The notes below the pieces were generated by a model. The model was not told where the DNA came from, ran no database searches, and was given only the letters and a program-made list of their open reading frames with translations. From contig CM082582.2 of assembly GCA_040954595.2 (NCBI GenBank), positions 4,076,303 through 4,140,302 of the forward strand: DNA of 64,000 nt, written 5' to 3'. The stretch is from Balanoglossus misakiensis (taxonomy: Eukaryota; Animalia; Hemichordata). Below, in pieces: positions 51,401 to 64,000 of this stretch. The translations under genes were made by a program, and so were the position numbers. The first letter of the stretch is position 1. Each line of letters opens with the position of its first letter.

Positions 51401-51841
51401 CAGTGTACATCTGGTACTGAACCTGTTGATAGTAGATCTGTCCTTCCCCTTAAACATGAACCAACACAGACAGGAGTTTGTCAGCTGTGCCAAGTTTACA
51501 GATGGCCGATTGTGAGGTAGTGTTTCCAAATGTGTATGGTCAGTGTCTTCAGCATGGACATTCCAAGACAGGGGAGAGAGATAGATGAGATAAAATATTG
51601 TCTCTATGACGACCGTCAATAGACTGGATGTTCCATGTCAAAGGTTTTACCAATGTTGCATTACATGTGTGTCTTCTGAAAACCTATTATTTGCCGGTAA
51701 ATAAAAAGTGCTTCCAAAAGATGGCGTCTGTAATACTGCAAAGTGAATTCTATTACTCTTTAAGATGAAAACAATTTGGGTTTATTATTGCAAAATATCG
51801 AGTATTTCAAATCTTTTCTTGATATCATTGTTAATGTCATA

Positions 51842-51913
51842 GTCAGCCAAGAAGCAGCAAAGGTAAAGACGGCGCCCAACACTAACCTGGTACATCTGAT
51901 TTTAATCAGATTG
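51842..51913 (-). mobile_element. Single-end fragment of the 34630-34831 MITE family
   Basis: The reverse complement CAATCTGATTAAAATCAGATGTA..GGCGCCGTCTTTACCTTTGCTG matches the left end of the 34630 element. Confidence 0.6.
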
Positions 51914-54900
51914 GAGATAGATGTACCATACTTCCCATGTTTACCTATACATGCCACACTTTGGGGTGGATTTTTTCTGCAAGTTGGTCGAAAATGGGGT
52001 GTATTAATTCATCCATTCAAGGTTTAAAATGGGTCTCATTGCCTACTATTTTGAAAATTTTCCTTTTATTTTGCACTTTTTTCAATTTTTTGCAATATCG
52101 ATCTCTAATTGCAGATTTCGATCTGATTGTGGTCTAAATGGGGTCTGATTCTTGCAATACTAGCAACAAACCCATCCATTTCTGTAGGCAGTAAATTAGC
52201 AGAAAATTGAGAAAATAGGGTAATTAAGGTAATTTTGACAGACACAAAGTCTTCAGTGGTAAAAAAAATAGACATAACATAACAGTGTTTTATTTTTATA
52301 AGCATTGATCAGTTTACCATTCTGTTTCAGTAGATATAAATGTAGCAATAATGTTATTTTTTACTTCATCACCGATGGAAATGGTCTTTATTGCAGATAG
52401 ACACATTTCAAATGGACCAATGCTGCCTGTTATTTGATCTTAAGGGTTACCACCAGAGAACCGGTGCACATTGTTTGCAAATTAGGACTTAGATTTTCTC
52501 TCCCCATTTCTAATTCTACTTAATGGTTCCATAAAAGTTACGGTCACATTAAACTAGAAATCTGAAAATGCCATTAGATACAGCAGTCTTGGGAATCGTT
52601 TCATTACACTATCAAGCTCAATGAGTGGTAATGTGTTAAGATCGGTCAGTGAAGTGCTGCTCAGATAGTTTATTATGCCTCTCAGAAACAAATCTAAGAC
52701 ATTTCAGAAGAAAATAAACTGATGATTTCTTAAAGATCAAGAAGGATTTTACGTCTGAAGATGAAGACAGTAGTTACCGAGGATTGTATGTGTGATTTTC
52801 ACCAATTTAAAAATGAAATAACTTATTTGTATTCAGTAAAGGAATACAAGAACACTATTTACCCAAGACATCTTTAATGTTACTGCTGGAGTATTTCCTG
52901 AAAGGGCTAAAAGTTGATTCTCATAATGATCCGTAAACTGAGGCATGCTTAAGACATCAGATTACTGCCATCCACTAGACTTTTACTGCTAAATGTTGTG
53001 TCTTTTTCTTTGAAGAAAACACATCATTAGTTACATCTTTCAATCCCCAGTAATTACAAAGTTGTTGCCATTTGGTAAATTATCTGTTTGTTTCAAAAAA
53101 GAAAAGTGCATTCGTCACCCGGGGCAGAGAAAACTTTCTAAATGCTAAACATGCCTGTAAGTCATTAGTATTTCAAAGTGGTCCAGATCAAATCAACTTG
53201 TGTATAGCCAGTGTTGTAAGTCCCATCCCGCATGTAATCTGTATGGATGGCAATACTTTCCTCCCCACCACAATTTGCTTAATTGCATCAACCGACTGTG
53301 CACTCAAACTTAATGTATTTCTTCACAGTTCTCCGGCATATCCCCCGTCCGATTTTAAATAAACTAGTATTTTCTCGCGTACACCAGAGTAAAAAACAGC
53401 AATTACTTGTGTCATATATTACCATGCACTGTAAGTGCTATTATAGGCCTGGGCTCTTTCCCCGAGCCTCTTTGCACGTCCCCTCAAGGAATCTGTGTTC
53501 CCAAGACACACATCAAGAATTCCCCATGCTTTTTTATTCTTCAGCATGTCATAATAGAGCACATTTCACTAATGGTTTTCTATCTAGGCAGCAGCCTACA
53601 AAATATTCATGTTCCAATATATATTGATTCCACTTAACTGGTATTCACCACTCATAATGGGATCACCCAGCACCTGTGATCTCCCAAACAGATGATGGTT
53701 CTATCTTTAAAAAAAAAAAAATCCCGGCTATCAATTCTTCCATTTCAGCCCTTTTGTACGAACTATCAGACACACCACCTCTCAGATGTGCTTGTCACTT
53801 TCTTTTAATATATATATATCTTTCTGATGTGATCATGGCAATAGCTCTGTGTGTAAAAGATCTATACACATATGGTGTGTTTTCGTTCATTCATAAATTG
53901 GTCTGTTGTGTGTGTGAAGCATCAGTCTGAACTCTCAGGTGCGCAATTCTGTGTTTAATTTGAATCGTGAAGGAAAGCCAGATTAGAAATATCCATGCGG
54001 TGCATTTCGCAGCTGGGGACAAAATCCAGTCTTTGATATTGAATTGAGTTACATTTTGGTGAGTAGCCTTGTAGCGAGATTAAGTTAGAAACTCAGGTGT
54101 TGTAAAAATCATCGTTCTTTGTAGTGAATTGAGACTGCTATGGATAATGGTAAGTAGTATTGGCGGGATTTAAGTTTGCTTCTGTAGTGATTTCACTCAG
54201 GACTTACTGTACGTCCATTCAGACAAAATCCTGGCCACTCTCTCTGCTGCATCTGACTTTCATGTGTTCTGTAATATTCTGCAAAATGAAGTTAACACTC
54301 TGGCAGTTCCACATTTCTTATTTGCTGAATTGTGCAGTCTTTGGAAAAAAATTAATGATATAATCATTTTTCATGTTTTTGTGATTTTAATTCAACTGAG
54401 AAAATTAGTCATTTAATTTCCTTTGTTTTTATGATTTGTTTGCATACAAGCGATTGTTCAGATATCAAAGATCCACATCATATTTAGTGTTTTGAGAAAG
54501 CAAGACTGAAGTTAAATAATAAAGTTGTATTGCTGACATGCTGAAGGGTCGACTGTCACTGAAATGAGAAGTAAGGTTAGATAAAGTAGGAAACAACGGG
54601 TAGGCAATGTTAGTCACGAAAAGCGACCCAAAATACCCACTGAAAATTCAAAAGCTGAAAATGCAGATACCTTACATTTTATTATTTGTATGTCCGCTTT
54701 ATTGCTATGGAGATTGTCTTCCAGTGCAGAGAAAGCGATTACTTGGGGATTAGGAAAATGGAGAAGTTATATCATTGGAGGTGAACGTGACAAGAGGATT
54801 GAGTGATTTGTGAAGTACAATAATCCATTTGAATTCATTGGGATGTCACAGCTGTGTCTCCGACTTCTCCTCTTACTCTTATATATTCATGGCAGATAAG

Positions 54901-55637
54901 AGATTGTGATCTGTTGAGGAATACACTGTATCAGATGGCTCACAAGATCCCCTCTAGCACTTTGTTGCCGTATGAAAGATAACCAAGAAATCTATTTGAG
55001 TCGGCACTCCTGGTAAATAAATCATGAGTCTACCTGGAGCCTGATGGAACAGCTGAGGGAAAATGGATGCCCTTTGTATTGGATGGCTGTGACGAGTTGA
55101 ACCCAGTCATGTCTGTCAAAGGCAGAACAGAAACGCAAGCCCATTGACTATTAACGAATTGCCGTTGTAGCTCGCAGGGATTGAATAAATCACACAGCCG
55201 CTACATATGTGATGTATTATTATACTGCCTCATTTTCATGGAGAGAGAAACTCCCGCTCTCTCATTGGTGCCGGCAATTAGCCCGGGCTCTCCCAGTATT
55301 TCGCAGGAAATCTCTGATTTCACCAGATTCATTGGAACCCAGCTTGAAAATTACAAAAAATAGAACTGTTTACCCAGTGATAGAAACTGTATTGATTGAC
55401 TCAATCTAGTTAGTGTTCTGGTAATAATATAATGGATTGGCGGAGGGCTAGATTTCAGCCACAATTCTCATATACATAATACAGCAGAGAGATATCTGCA
55501 CTCCCAGAGGTTATTAAATAGTGTTGCACATTAACCCTACTTTAGTAATACAATTTGCCCTGATGGGTTGACACACCTGCACAAGCTTTTACATCGCAGT
55601 TCCAGACGGCTGCATCTTCGGCGTTTGTGTCCTACAG

Positions 55638-55850
55638 GGAGAGAGATCAATTGATTGGTTCAGCGATTACGAGTCCTCATGGCATGGTGGCCACTTCACC
55701 CAACACATGCAGTTCCACAAACAACTCATGTACACGTCGTGCCGTCGTCTCAACCTCGTCCCCAGCCACTATTACATGCTCAGCATCTTCAACAACAGCA
55801 GAAACAGAAGCAGCCGGTACCGCTTGTCAAGGCGCAGCAAGTAAAACGAG
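55638..55850 (+). CDS. Probable early coding exon (213 nt) of the long + strand gene; low-complexity N-terminal region, family unidentified
   Basis: Acceptor TTTGTGTCCTACAG|, donor GAG|GTTAGA, length divisible by 3, GC- and CpG-rich relative to the flanking intron. One frame is fully open (ERDQLIGSAITSPHGMVATSPNTCSS..AASKT). A second is open from ATG 55679 (MAWWPLHP..QHLQQQQKQKQPVPLVKAQQVKR). The true frame is unresolved. Confidence 0.6.
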
Positions 55851-56810
55851 GTTAGATCCAAAGAATTATTTGTCTTTAAAAAAAAGACAAAACTAGAAAG
55901 TAATTTACTGTAATACACAATCAGACTAAAAAGAGTAGTCCAGACTTGAAATAATGTCTTAAAAGTCGTGCTACGAGCATCAATTTTGATGAACCCTGCT
56001 ATTTCTGATTCAGTCTCTCAGCCTATTCAGATTTATTGACTGTTAGCATGGATGACGAAATGAAATCTGTGGCACGTACGTCGCAATCACACACACACGC
56101 ACACACACAAGATCTTGCATGAGAATGACATTCCAATGATATGTCTTAGGTTAAATGTAAAGCTAGCTAGCCAGTTAGAGGTTGAAGCTGCAGATCTGTT
56201 ATGACAGCTTGTCATAATGCAACCTGACCTAACTGTTCAATGACAATACTTAATTGGGTCATTTGAATGGGCACCGTGTCAACCATCTTGCAGCTGTCTC
56301 GCGTATTTATACAGCTTGTATGGAAGTAGACCGTTCTCACAATGCAAGCCCTCTCATTGATTTTTTCCCCGCAAAAAATGACAGCTGAAAATAGTGGCTC
56401 TCAGGCAAGCTATCAAAGTTCTGCCATTCTTCGGCGGAGCATCTTTTCAACTCGGCCAGCGAGAGAATGATGCGACGAGAGAATGGAGTTGGGTGCTGTC
56501 TATATTTAAATATTTCATTGATTGATCAATTTATATCTTATTAATCACAATGGCTAGGACACACCTGCACATCTGTGCACTCCACATTTCATCACATTAA
56601 ATATGGATTTGTTCATTTTGATGGTGGGGGACAAAGAGTAGAGTATTGAACAAGAAACCCTCGGCTGACACGCAGCTGCGTTTTTCCCCCTATTCTATTT
56701 GATAACATTGATTAATTAGTGCTTTTAAGAATTGCAACTGGGATTCAGTGATATATTTTCAGTTTGACATTTTTTAAATCTGTGAATTATTGACCTTCAG
56801 GTGTTTAAAC

Positions 56811-56992
56811 TTTCTCGTACTATTGAACCATTTCATAGCTGTGTTTTTTTTCTTCAGATTAAACTGAAATTTCACATTTTTTAAAATTTCCAACCCAACC
56901 TTCTACAATTTCTCGTATTGAACAATATCATAGTCGTGTTTTTCAGATTTCAACTGAAATTTCACATTTTTTCAAAATTTCCAACGCAACCT
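56811..56992. repeat. Imperfect tandem duplication (about 95-bp unit x2)
   Basis: TTCTCGTA..TTGAAC..CATAG..TTCAGATT..AACTGAAATTTCACATTTTTT..AAAATTTCCAAC.CAACCT occurs twice. Confidence 0.8.
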
Positions 56993-59900
56993 CACGGTAA
57001 TGGATTTTCCCTCTCTTTTTCCAGTCCTATTTAGCTTTCCAGGCTCAACTCTTGCCTAATACTATTCCTGAGAAATTTTATTAATATTTGTCCCTGTAGT
57101 GCTTATCAGTTAATGCATTGCTTTCTCACACCTGCTCTGTATTAAGCTGGCAGACTTTCTACTTTCTTGGCTGCGTTATAAGGATGCAGTTGTGTGTGGC
57201 TGGCCTCTCCCTGGGGACTCAGTCTGAAAGATTGCTTCTAACGCTTGATAGAGTTGCCTAGATTGAAGCCACCTGAGTTCGCTTTATCAATCTTAACAAA
57301 CCACTGACTCATCTACTGACAACAAATTGCTATGCAATTGCCTCTACGTGGAGACTATAGGTATCTGACCACTGGCCCTGCATGTCAATTCTGATTTTTT
57401 ACTATATCCAGTCCGGCTAATGTCTCTCGCTGTAATAGTAGGGTATCCTCAAAGCAAACATGCGTCAATATACCTTAAGGTGCCGCTGTATGCTTGACCA
57501 ATGGATCAAATAAGAGCTCAGTCAAGCATGACTAGAATGTCAAGGAATTCGCCTGACATACCCACACACACAATCTTCCTTCCAATTAAATACCTTTCAA
57601 GTGATGGACTTCATCGTTCGTGCATTGATTTCTAAAAAAAAGCCTTTGACATTTTCAACGAAATATTAAACATGATGATGATTGAGGTATATATGGGGAC
57701 TTTATGAAATATTTTAATACCATATAGCAATTATAGGATCATTATTTGTAATGGAGTGAATTCCTCAGCAATCCATTTGAGATTATTTGGTATATTCTAT
57801 GTATTTTTTATTTTTTATTATTTGTGATATTCAGTTGAATTTCTGGCCTTCACTCTTCAGTATATTTCTTCCTCTTTGCTGTTTGACAGAGAAATACCAA
57901 TAGTACCTTACATGTAACAATGGGATTGCCATTGAATACCATTGAATTGAATTTTGTTTCACCATATGAAAAAGATACATGTTGTTGTTATACTAGCAGA
58001 TTGGATGATTCTTGTAACACATACACTTAGCAGTGCTGTGATTTTGGCAACCATGAATGTTTCAAGAAGCAAAAATGACATAATGTAGTCTTCTGAAGAA
58101 AAAATATTGAAAATTATTCAGTAATAGAAGAATGACATTTTTGCTCCAGAACATTTAACGTTATACCAGATTGTGATATTAATTTCAAAAATTCACAGTA
58201 TAAAAAAAGTCAAAAACAGGAAATGTTGATATCACGTAGAATGTTTTTGCTTGGAAAATAAGTCAAAATTTTAATATTGAAAGCCTCTGTTCAGTTTCTG
58301 TCAGTAAAACTTTATAAAATTAATTAGAAAACTTGCTTTCTAGGGTGACTGCAAGTAAGATTCTTTTTTTTTTTTAAATTCTTCAATAATTCAAAATTAC
58401 CAGAGGGACTGCTCCCGATACTGTCGTTTGGAATATTAATGAATGTGAATTCAGAAAGGGTCAGATTGTATAATGTATAAGAACGTGATCCTGAGTAGAT
58501 GTGAAGGACCATGATTCATCATTTCATAGTATCTTCAGCCCGATACCTAAGAGACTAGCGGAATCTCCTATCCCTTTTTCTCTCCACTAATGATTTCATT
58601 TCACAAGTGATGATAAAATATGCACCACTCTCAGCACCTTGATGAATTCAGACTGACTTCTTATGAGGAGAATGATGATATTTTTTTTGTGAATATCAAA
58701 AGCTGAGTAATTATGGATGATGACAAAAGCTGGTGTGGAATTTGGACGGAATTATGCTTTGCTCTGAGATACATCGTAATTTGTCAAGTCCCCCATCTTT
58801 TATACCTCATTAATGTTACAGACATCTCTCGCTTACAAATTTTTTATGTACCTCGGTATTATTAAGAATTTTATCACACATTATATTGAAGGTCGTAATT
58901 TAGACATCACTTAAAGTACGGCATCTGAATTTTCCTTCCCTTTTATCTCTTGAATAAGTCATAAAAGTTAAATTGTCATGTTCATAGACTTTTAACATTT
59001 GTCACACTTAAAACAGTGGTAGGTATTCTTATCATGTCATTTATCATTACGTTGATCATACATTTAAAAACTTGGGAATTCTCACAGTTTTAGACACATG
59101 ATTGCCAACTGTGTTGTTTCTCTGTAAAATATAGTGTATTTGATTGATATCTAAGTTTTAAAAAAATGATATAATTATAAATGTAAGTGTCTCAAAAATT
59201 ATTTTTAGAAACTCAGATATTGAGATTAGTGGAATTTTGTTGTGATTTCATAGTCATGCAAAACCCACTGCTAATTTTAAGTTTTACTATCATGAAACAA
59301 AGAAAAATATTGAAAATTTCTCAGAAGGAAATACCAGCAATGGACTCTGCACAGAGAAGATAATCTCTCCCAATAACATCAATCTGAAAGATGGGTCTTT
59401 CAGTGGAAGGCATTGGCGAATTGAACTAGCCCAAAGAACAAAGGGAAATTTTCACTCTGGTATTTTTTCAATCCAAAAATATGTCTGCATAAAACGGAGC
59501 TGCACAAACAGTATATTGATGTTTGCGGATAATAAAATCCAGGTATTGTCTTGATGGCTGGGGATTTAATGATCCAAATTGTTAGTCTCAGATTGTGGAC
59601 GGTGTGCGTTCTGGACTTGACACTTGATCAATAGAGCTGCCTCAACTGCACATGGAAAATGTCTACAGCAGTGTGTACAATCTTGATTTGTATTGGTTTT
59701 TCTGTGTGTATACCTGACATGTGCATAAGTAACATCAGGTTGTGTCAGATTGCAATGACGCTGAATTTTAAAAATAACACTGGCATCATGGATATTTGTA
59801 CACCGTCACAACACTTTTTCGGCTTAAAGCACACATCTAATAATTATGCAAGGCCGTAGTCTAGTATCTAGTCATGTTTTGTCTGTTTTGCTTCCAAAGC

Positions 59901-61505
59901 GGACAAAACAAGATGTCGAATTGACCAGTCTTCAAGTCAAATGAGCTGATAGCTTCGATATCTGCAATTATACACCCAATATATAACACAATACTCTGTA
60001 AAATTAATTCAATTATTTCCTACCTACTTTTCATAAGAACACAACACTTGAATACTGGGTGATATCAACACACTGGGGCAAAGTCACCTTCACGTTCAGT
60101 TACCAGTCAAAAAAATCCATCAATACTGTACCCAAGTCACAGCTGGCTGGATGTATAAGAAGCCATATATCATTTATTGCAAACATTTGGTTCAAGCTTT
60201 GTTTTCATAAGTACTGTAATATAAGTTTAGACATGGGGAAATGTAGCTGATGGGGTCAAGTACATCACTCACAAAAAGGAAGAAAATGACCCCCAAAAGA
60301 CAATAGATTTTTAGCCAGCATTGGTATGATAGAGAGCAAGATGATCGGTGATGTTGCATTAGTTAGTGGAATGGAGTTAGGAGGAAAGCAGTTAGATCCA
60401 AGGATTAAGGGAGACTGACTTAAAATTCAGGCAATGTTGTCCTCTGCTGATTTGGGCAAATCTCCAAGACTAACATTGCTCATTGTTCTGCAATAAATAC
60501 AACGTTAAAATGAATACTTTATCAACTGGGATTTTAAGCAGATGCCATTTTTATGGCGGGATTTACCGTCATGAGGGGTTGTCAATTACAGGTTATCCAA
60601 CTCGGCTGTTCTCTGTGTCATCGCTTCCAATTAAAGCTTTTAAAAATCCAGCAATGTTGGTTACTGCTGAAAAGTTTACTAAAATGTTCCATGTTTTCTC
60701 ATACGCATCGTTTGGCAGTTTTTACTGTAAAATCAGGCAAACAAATTAGAACTCAGTCAAACATGATAATGTAAAAGGGATGGGCAGTCTGAGATTCAGT
60801 GTTTCTGCTAAAATTTGAACCAACATGAAAATCAGACCAACGTGAAGAAATGAAAAGTTTAGCGTGTCAGAAACTGAATCTGACGAGAGTAAGAAAAAAA
60901 AATCGTTTTTACTGGGTACCATAAACTGAGTCCATCATAAAAGGTGCAGAAAAACTATTTTGGGGACTTCTTTGCAGTAATGCTGTAATGATCTGTTTTC
61001 TGTTGAGTTTTGAAGGAAGGATGATCACAGTGTAAAATGATGCTACTTTTAAGCTGGTTTTTGCATCTGTTCTGCCCTAAGCAATATGTTTCCATTAAGT
61101 TGCTGTGCTCACAATAAAGTAAGTATGGGAGTTCACCACTGACAGACACAAAGCGCATATATTGCATTGATATTTTTGCATTTTTTGACCCTTAGGCATA
61201 TCAAGTCATGCATATTGTGCATCAGAACCAACAAGAAAACTTAGTTGAATCTCAAGTCAGACAAACATGTCTGCTTGTTCTCTATATGACCTCTAACTTC
61301 GGAGATTGCTTGTGGATGAGGCCTTAAATGTCTGTTGTTAGAAATTAAAAGATAAAACATGTCTGAAAGCAAGTGTGCTGCTATACAATTTATACATATT
61401 ATGAGATGGTTTAATATATATCTGCCAGGATTAGTATGATCGATAATAGCGAATTGGAGAAAAATTTTAAACTGTGCCCTTCATTATTTTACTGACAGGC
61501 ACTGT

Positions 61506-61582
61506 TCAGTCGGTCGGTCAGTCAGACAGACAGACAAACACACACACACACACACACACAAACAGACAGACATATAGACAGA
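61506..61582. repeat. Compound microsatellite (GTCG/GTCA/GACA/(CA)n)
   Basis: Directly visible. Confidence 0.85.
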
Positions 61583-64000
61583 AAAGCTCATTCATCATTT
61601 CATCCATTTCCGACTAATTCGATAACAATTGGATCAGAGAAGTGTGATTTAGTTAGTGTAAAGCTCTTTTTACACATGTTGGAAGAGTTGTAAATTTATG
61701 ATAGAAAATAATATTTTGAGTTGACGTCTTTGTCTGTTCGCTTGCTTCAATACCATATTCAAATTACACTGCAGCCTTTTGATTATACAACATGGGATTT
61801 TGTGATTTGTTTCTTTGAATTGAAGCTGATCATTTCTTGGAAAGATTTGCTTTGATCTGAGTCTAGAGTCACCTCTTGTAGTTCAATCAGAACTGCCATA
61901 AACTTCTTCCCATGGAGAAATTGTCATAAAATTCTGCTGAGCCTGAAGCAGTTCACAGAATGAATGATGTCTGTGAGCTCAAAAACTTGTTCGTCGGCCA
62001 AGAAATATGGAAGTGTGAAATGAAGATTGACAACGTGATTGAATCAGCCTGCAACCATAATGGAGTGCAGCCCCGTGGGATGATGGACTTAGTGTTTTCT
62101 CATTAAAGTGCATTATCATTTCTCGGCACAGAAATGAAGAATTACAGCTCTGTTGCTTGACAAGCATACTATCAAACACAATGTACTGGACAACATCTTC
62201 CCTGTTCACAAATGAATAACCTGCTGCTTTCACCGAGTGACCGACAACACTTTTTTTTTTTAAATGAGCCAAAGTCTGCCAGATTCTGTTGCAAATCAAG
62301 CCAACATTAGCTGTTACAGTGAAAACGCATTTATATCAGTGCGTATTCTGGAAGTTTAATCAGTTTCTAGCACACGAAGAAATCTGTTATATTTAAAAAA
62401 ATAATTTGCGACTGGCAGCCGTGAACCTGAATGAAATTGATAAAACCTGTATGATTAACAAAAATACAGAGAAGGATGGCAGAAAGAATGAAATGATGTA
62501 CTGTCTTGTGAGTGTGTAGGTGTTGAGATGTTTAATTCATTGCGTACTTTCCCCTTGACAGACACATATATGTAAATGAATGCAATCAAAGTTGACTGGG
62601 CTATGATCAAGACACGTCTTTTCACTTCCCTCCACCATTATCTCATTAAAACTTCAAGACTGTGAGCGGCAACCAGTCTAACAAGTCTGTGTGGGTGAAG
62701 CAAGTTAAAATCAGTAGATGAACTCCAGCTTGCTTTGCCCAAAGTCTGGCGTGTAATTCGACGTAGAATGCATAGTCATTTGGTTTTGCAGCTCCAGAAT
62801 ACACAAGGGATTGATGACACGGCTGAATGGGTCTGAGACTATGCAATCTTTTTGATTAGAACAAGATAAGCACACCTGGTTCCACTAAAGCTTCTAATAA
62901 TGCATGCACATATTAATATCCTAGAGTGCCCTCCACTGGGCTTTATCTGACTCTATTAACAGCAAGTTTGGAAGGAACATGGCCACCATACAAGCATCAT
63001 GCAGGCTTTCAAAATAAAACACATTTCCAGAATATTCTTTTCAACTTGAAATAAATTGACCGTACCCAATCAAAATTGTTTAAAAACTGTACAAAAAGTG
63101 AAATAATTTGACCATAGATGCTTGTTAAACATAAATTTTCTATAAGGTTTATAATACTCAATCGGCAAATTTTGTTGAGTTTCCATGCATGATGACAGAA
63201 ATTGATAGAAATGTTCTCTTTGCATATCCAGACTCTACTTCTTCATAAATATATGTATTACCCTGCGTATTTTCACTCAGAAAGTGGTTGCTTTCTGAGG
63301 CACAATGAATTTTCGGTGAAATTCTATCGTACGCCCCTTCTGACATAGAATTGTAAATACTTTACTTAATCCAGATTTCACCTTCTAAAAAGTGTCTTAC
63401 GGAGAAATGTCCAGAAATATATAATAATTCATTGAAGAAAAAGCAGCTTAGAGTTTTTGAAAGAGTCACGGTGGCCAGTGGCAGATTTCATTACTTTTGG
63501 GGAAATTTGTTAAAAATGTAAGTACGCATATTTTGGAAGGTTGTGACTTCGGGGCAGATGAAGAATGAATGTACAATGATGGTTATATTTTTTATGATGG
63601 AGCACTATGTTGAAGCAGTATCTATACCCCTGGAGGCAAGATTATGAATATCATGTTAACAGCTGACCTATTGCCATGGATACAGCTATATTTCATTTTA
63701 GTGAATTTTATTGGCATGTACGAATTACTAACCAAGGCAAGTTCTAAGTGAATTACTTTTCCCTTCTAAGATATTATCTAAGAGTATAAATTATTAAAAG
63801 TTGACTATTTTAGTTGAATATTTTAACAGAACGAGTGCTGGTTTTAAGTATGAGTACAGTTACTGTAGTAGAATTCAAATATCCAATCTGTACTCATATA
63901 TATTGACATTTCCACCACCAGGCCCACTCTGAAGATTGTATGCTACTTGAAATGCACCGAGAATTAATAAGCAAATGGAATTTCAACAGAGAAAGTAAAT

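Noticed and set aside
51513-51530. let-7 seed-like TGAGGTAG
   Set aside because: The rest does not match let-7 and there is no precursor hairpin.
58505-58545. Hammerhead-like CTGAAGA..GAAA on the minus strand (also CTGATGAG..GAAAC near 43614)
   Set aside because: No stem II or stem I pairing, and a G at the cleavage position.
63158-63346. 62-aa minus ORF MSEGAYDRISPK..
   Set aside because: No splice or homology support; it lies in probable repeat-derived intronic DNA.

Overview
AT-rich animal genomic DNA with GT-AG introns. The gene and repeat content suggests an invertebrate deuterostome such as a hemichordate (inference). The left third holds three spliced genes reconstructed exon by exon: (1) the 3' part of a UDP-glycosyltransferase (+, <1-2949) whose catalytic Asp and UDP-ribose-binding Glu positions read Asn and Gln; (2) a secreted lectin with two EPN/WND C-type lectin domains (-, 7879-4782) whose two sugar-binding exons are almost identical; (3) a divergently transcribed CUB + C-type-lectin-like single-pass membrane protein (+, 13028-18018) with a Cys-rich juxtamembrane segment and a PSAP + 4x PPxY tail. 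A CpG-rich, YY1-containing promoter at about 21.4-22.4 kb opens a long, CpG-depleted, mostly intronic + strand gene that runs off the right edge. Its only convincing internal exon (55638-55850) could not be assigned to a family. Many non-autonomous DNA transposons with readable TIRs and TSDs are present (Harbinger-, Kolobok-, Tc1/pogo- and Academ-like), plus a decayed Penelope-like fragment and microsatellites. No tRNA, rRNA, CRISPR array or recognisable miRNA was found. All alignments were done by eye.
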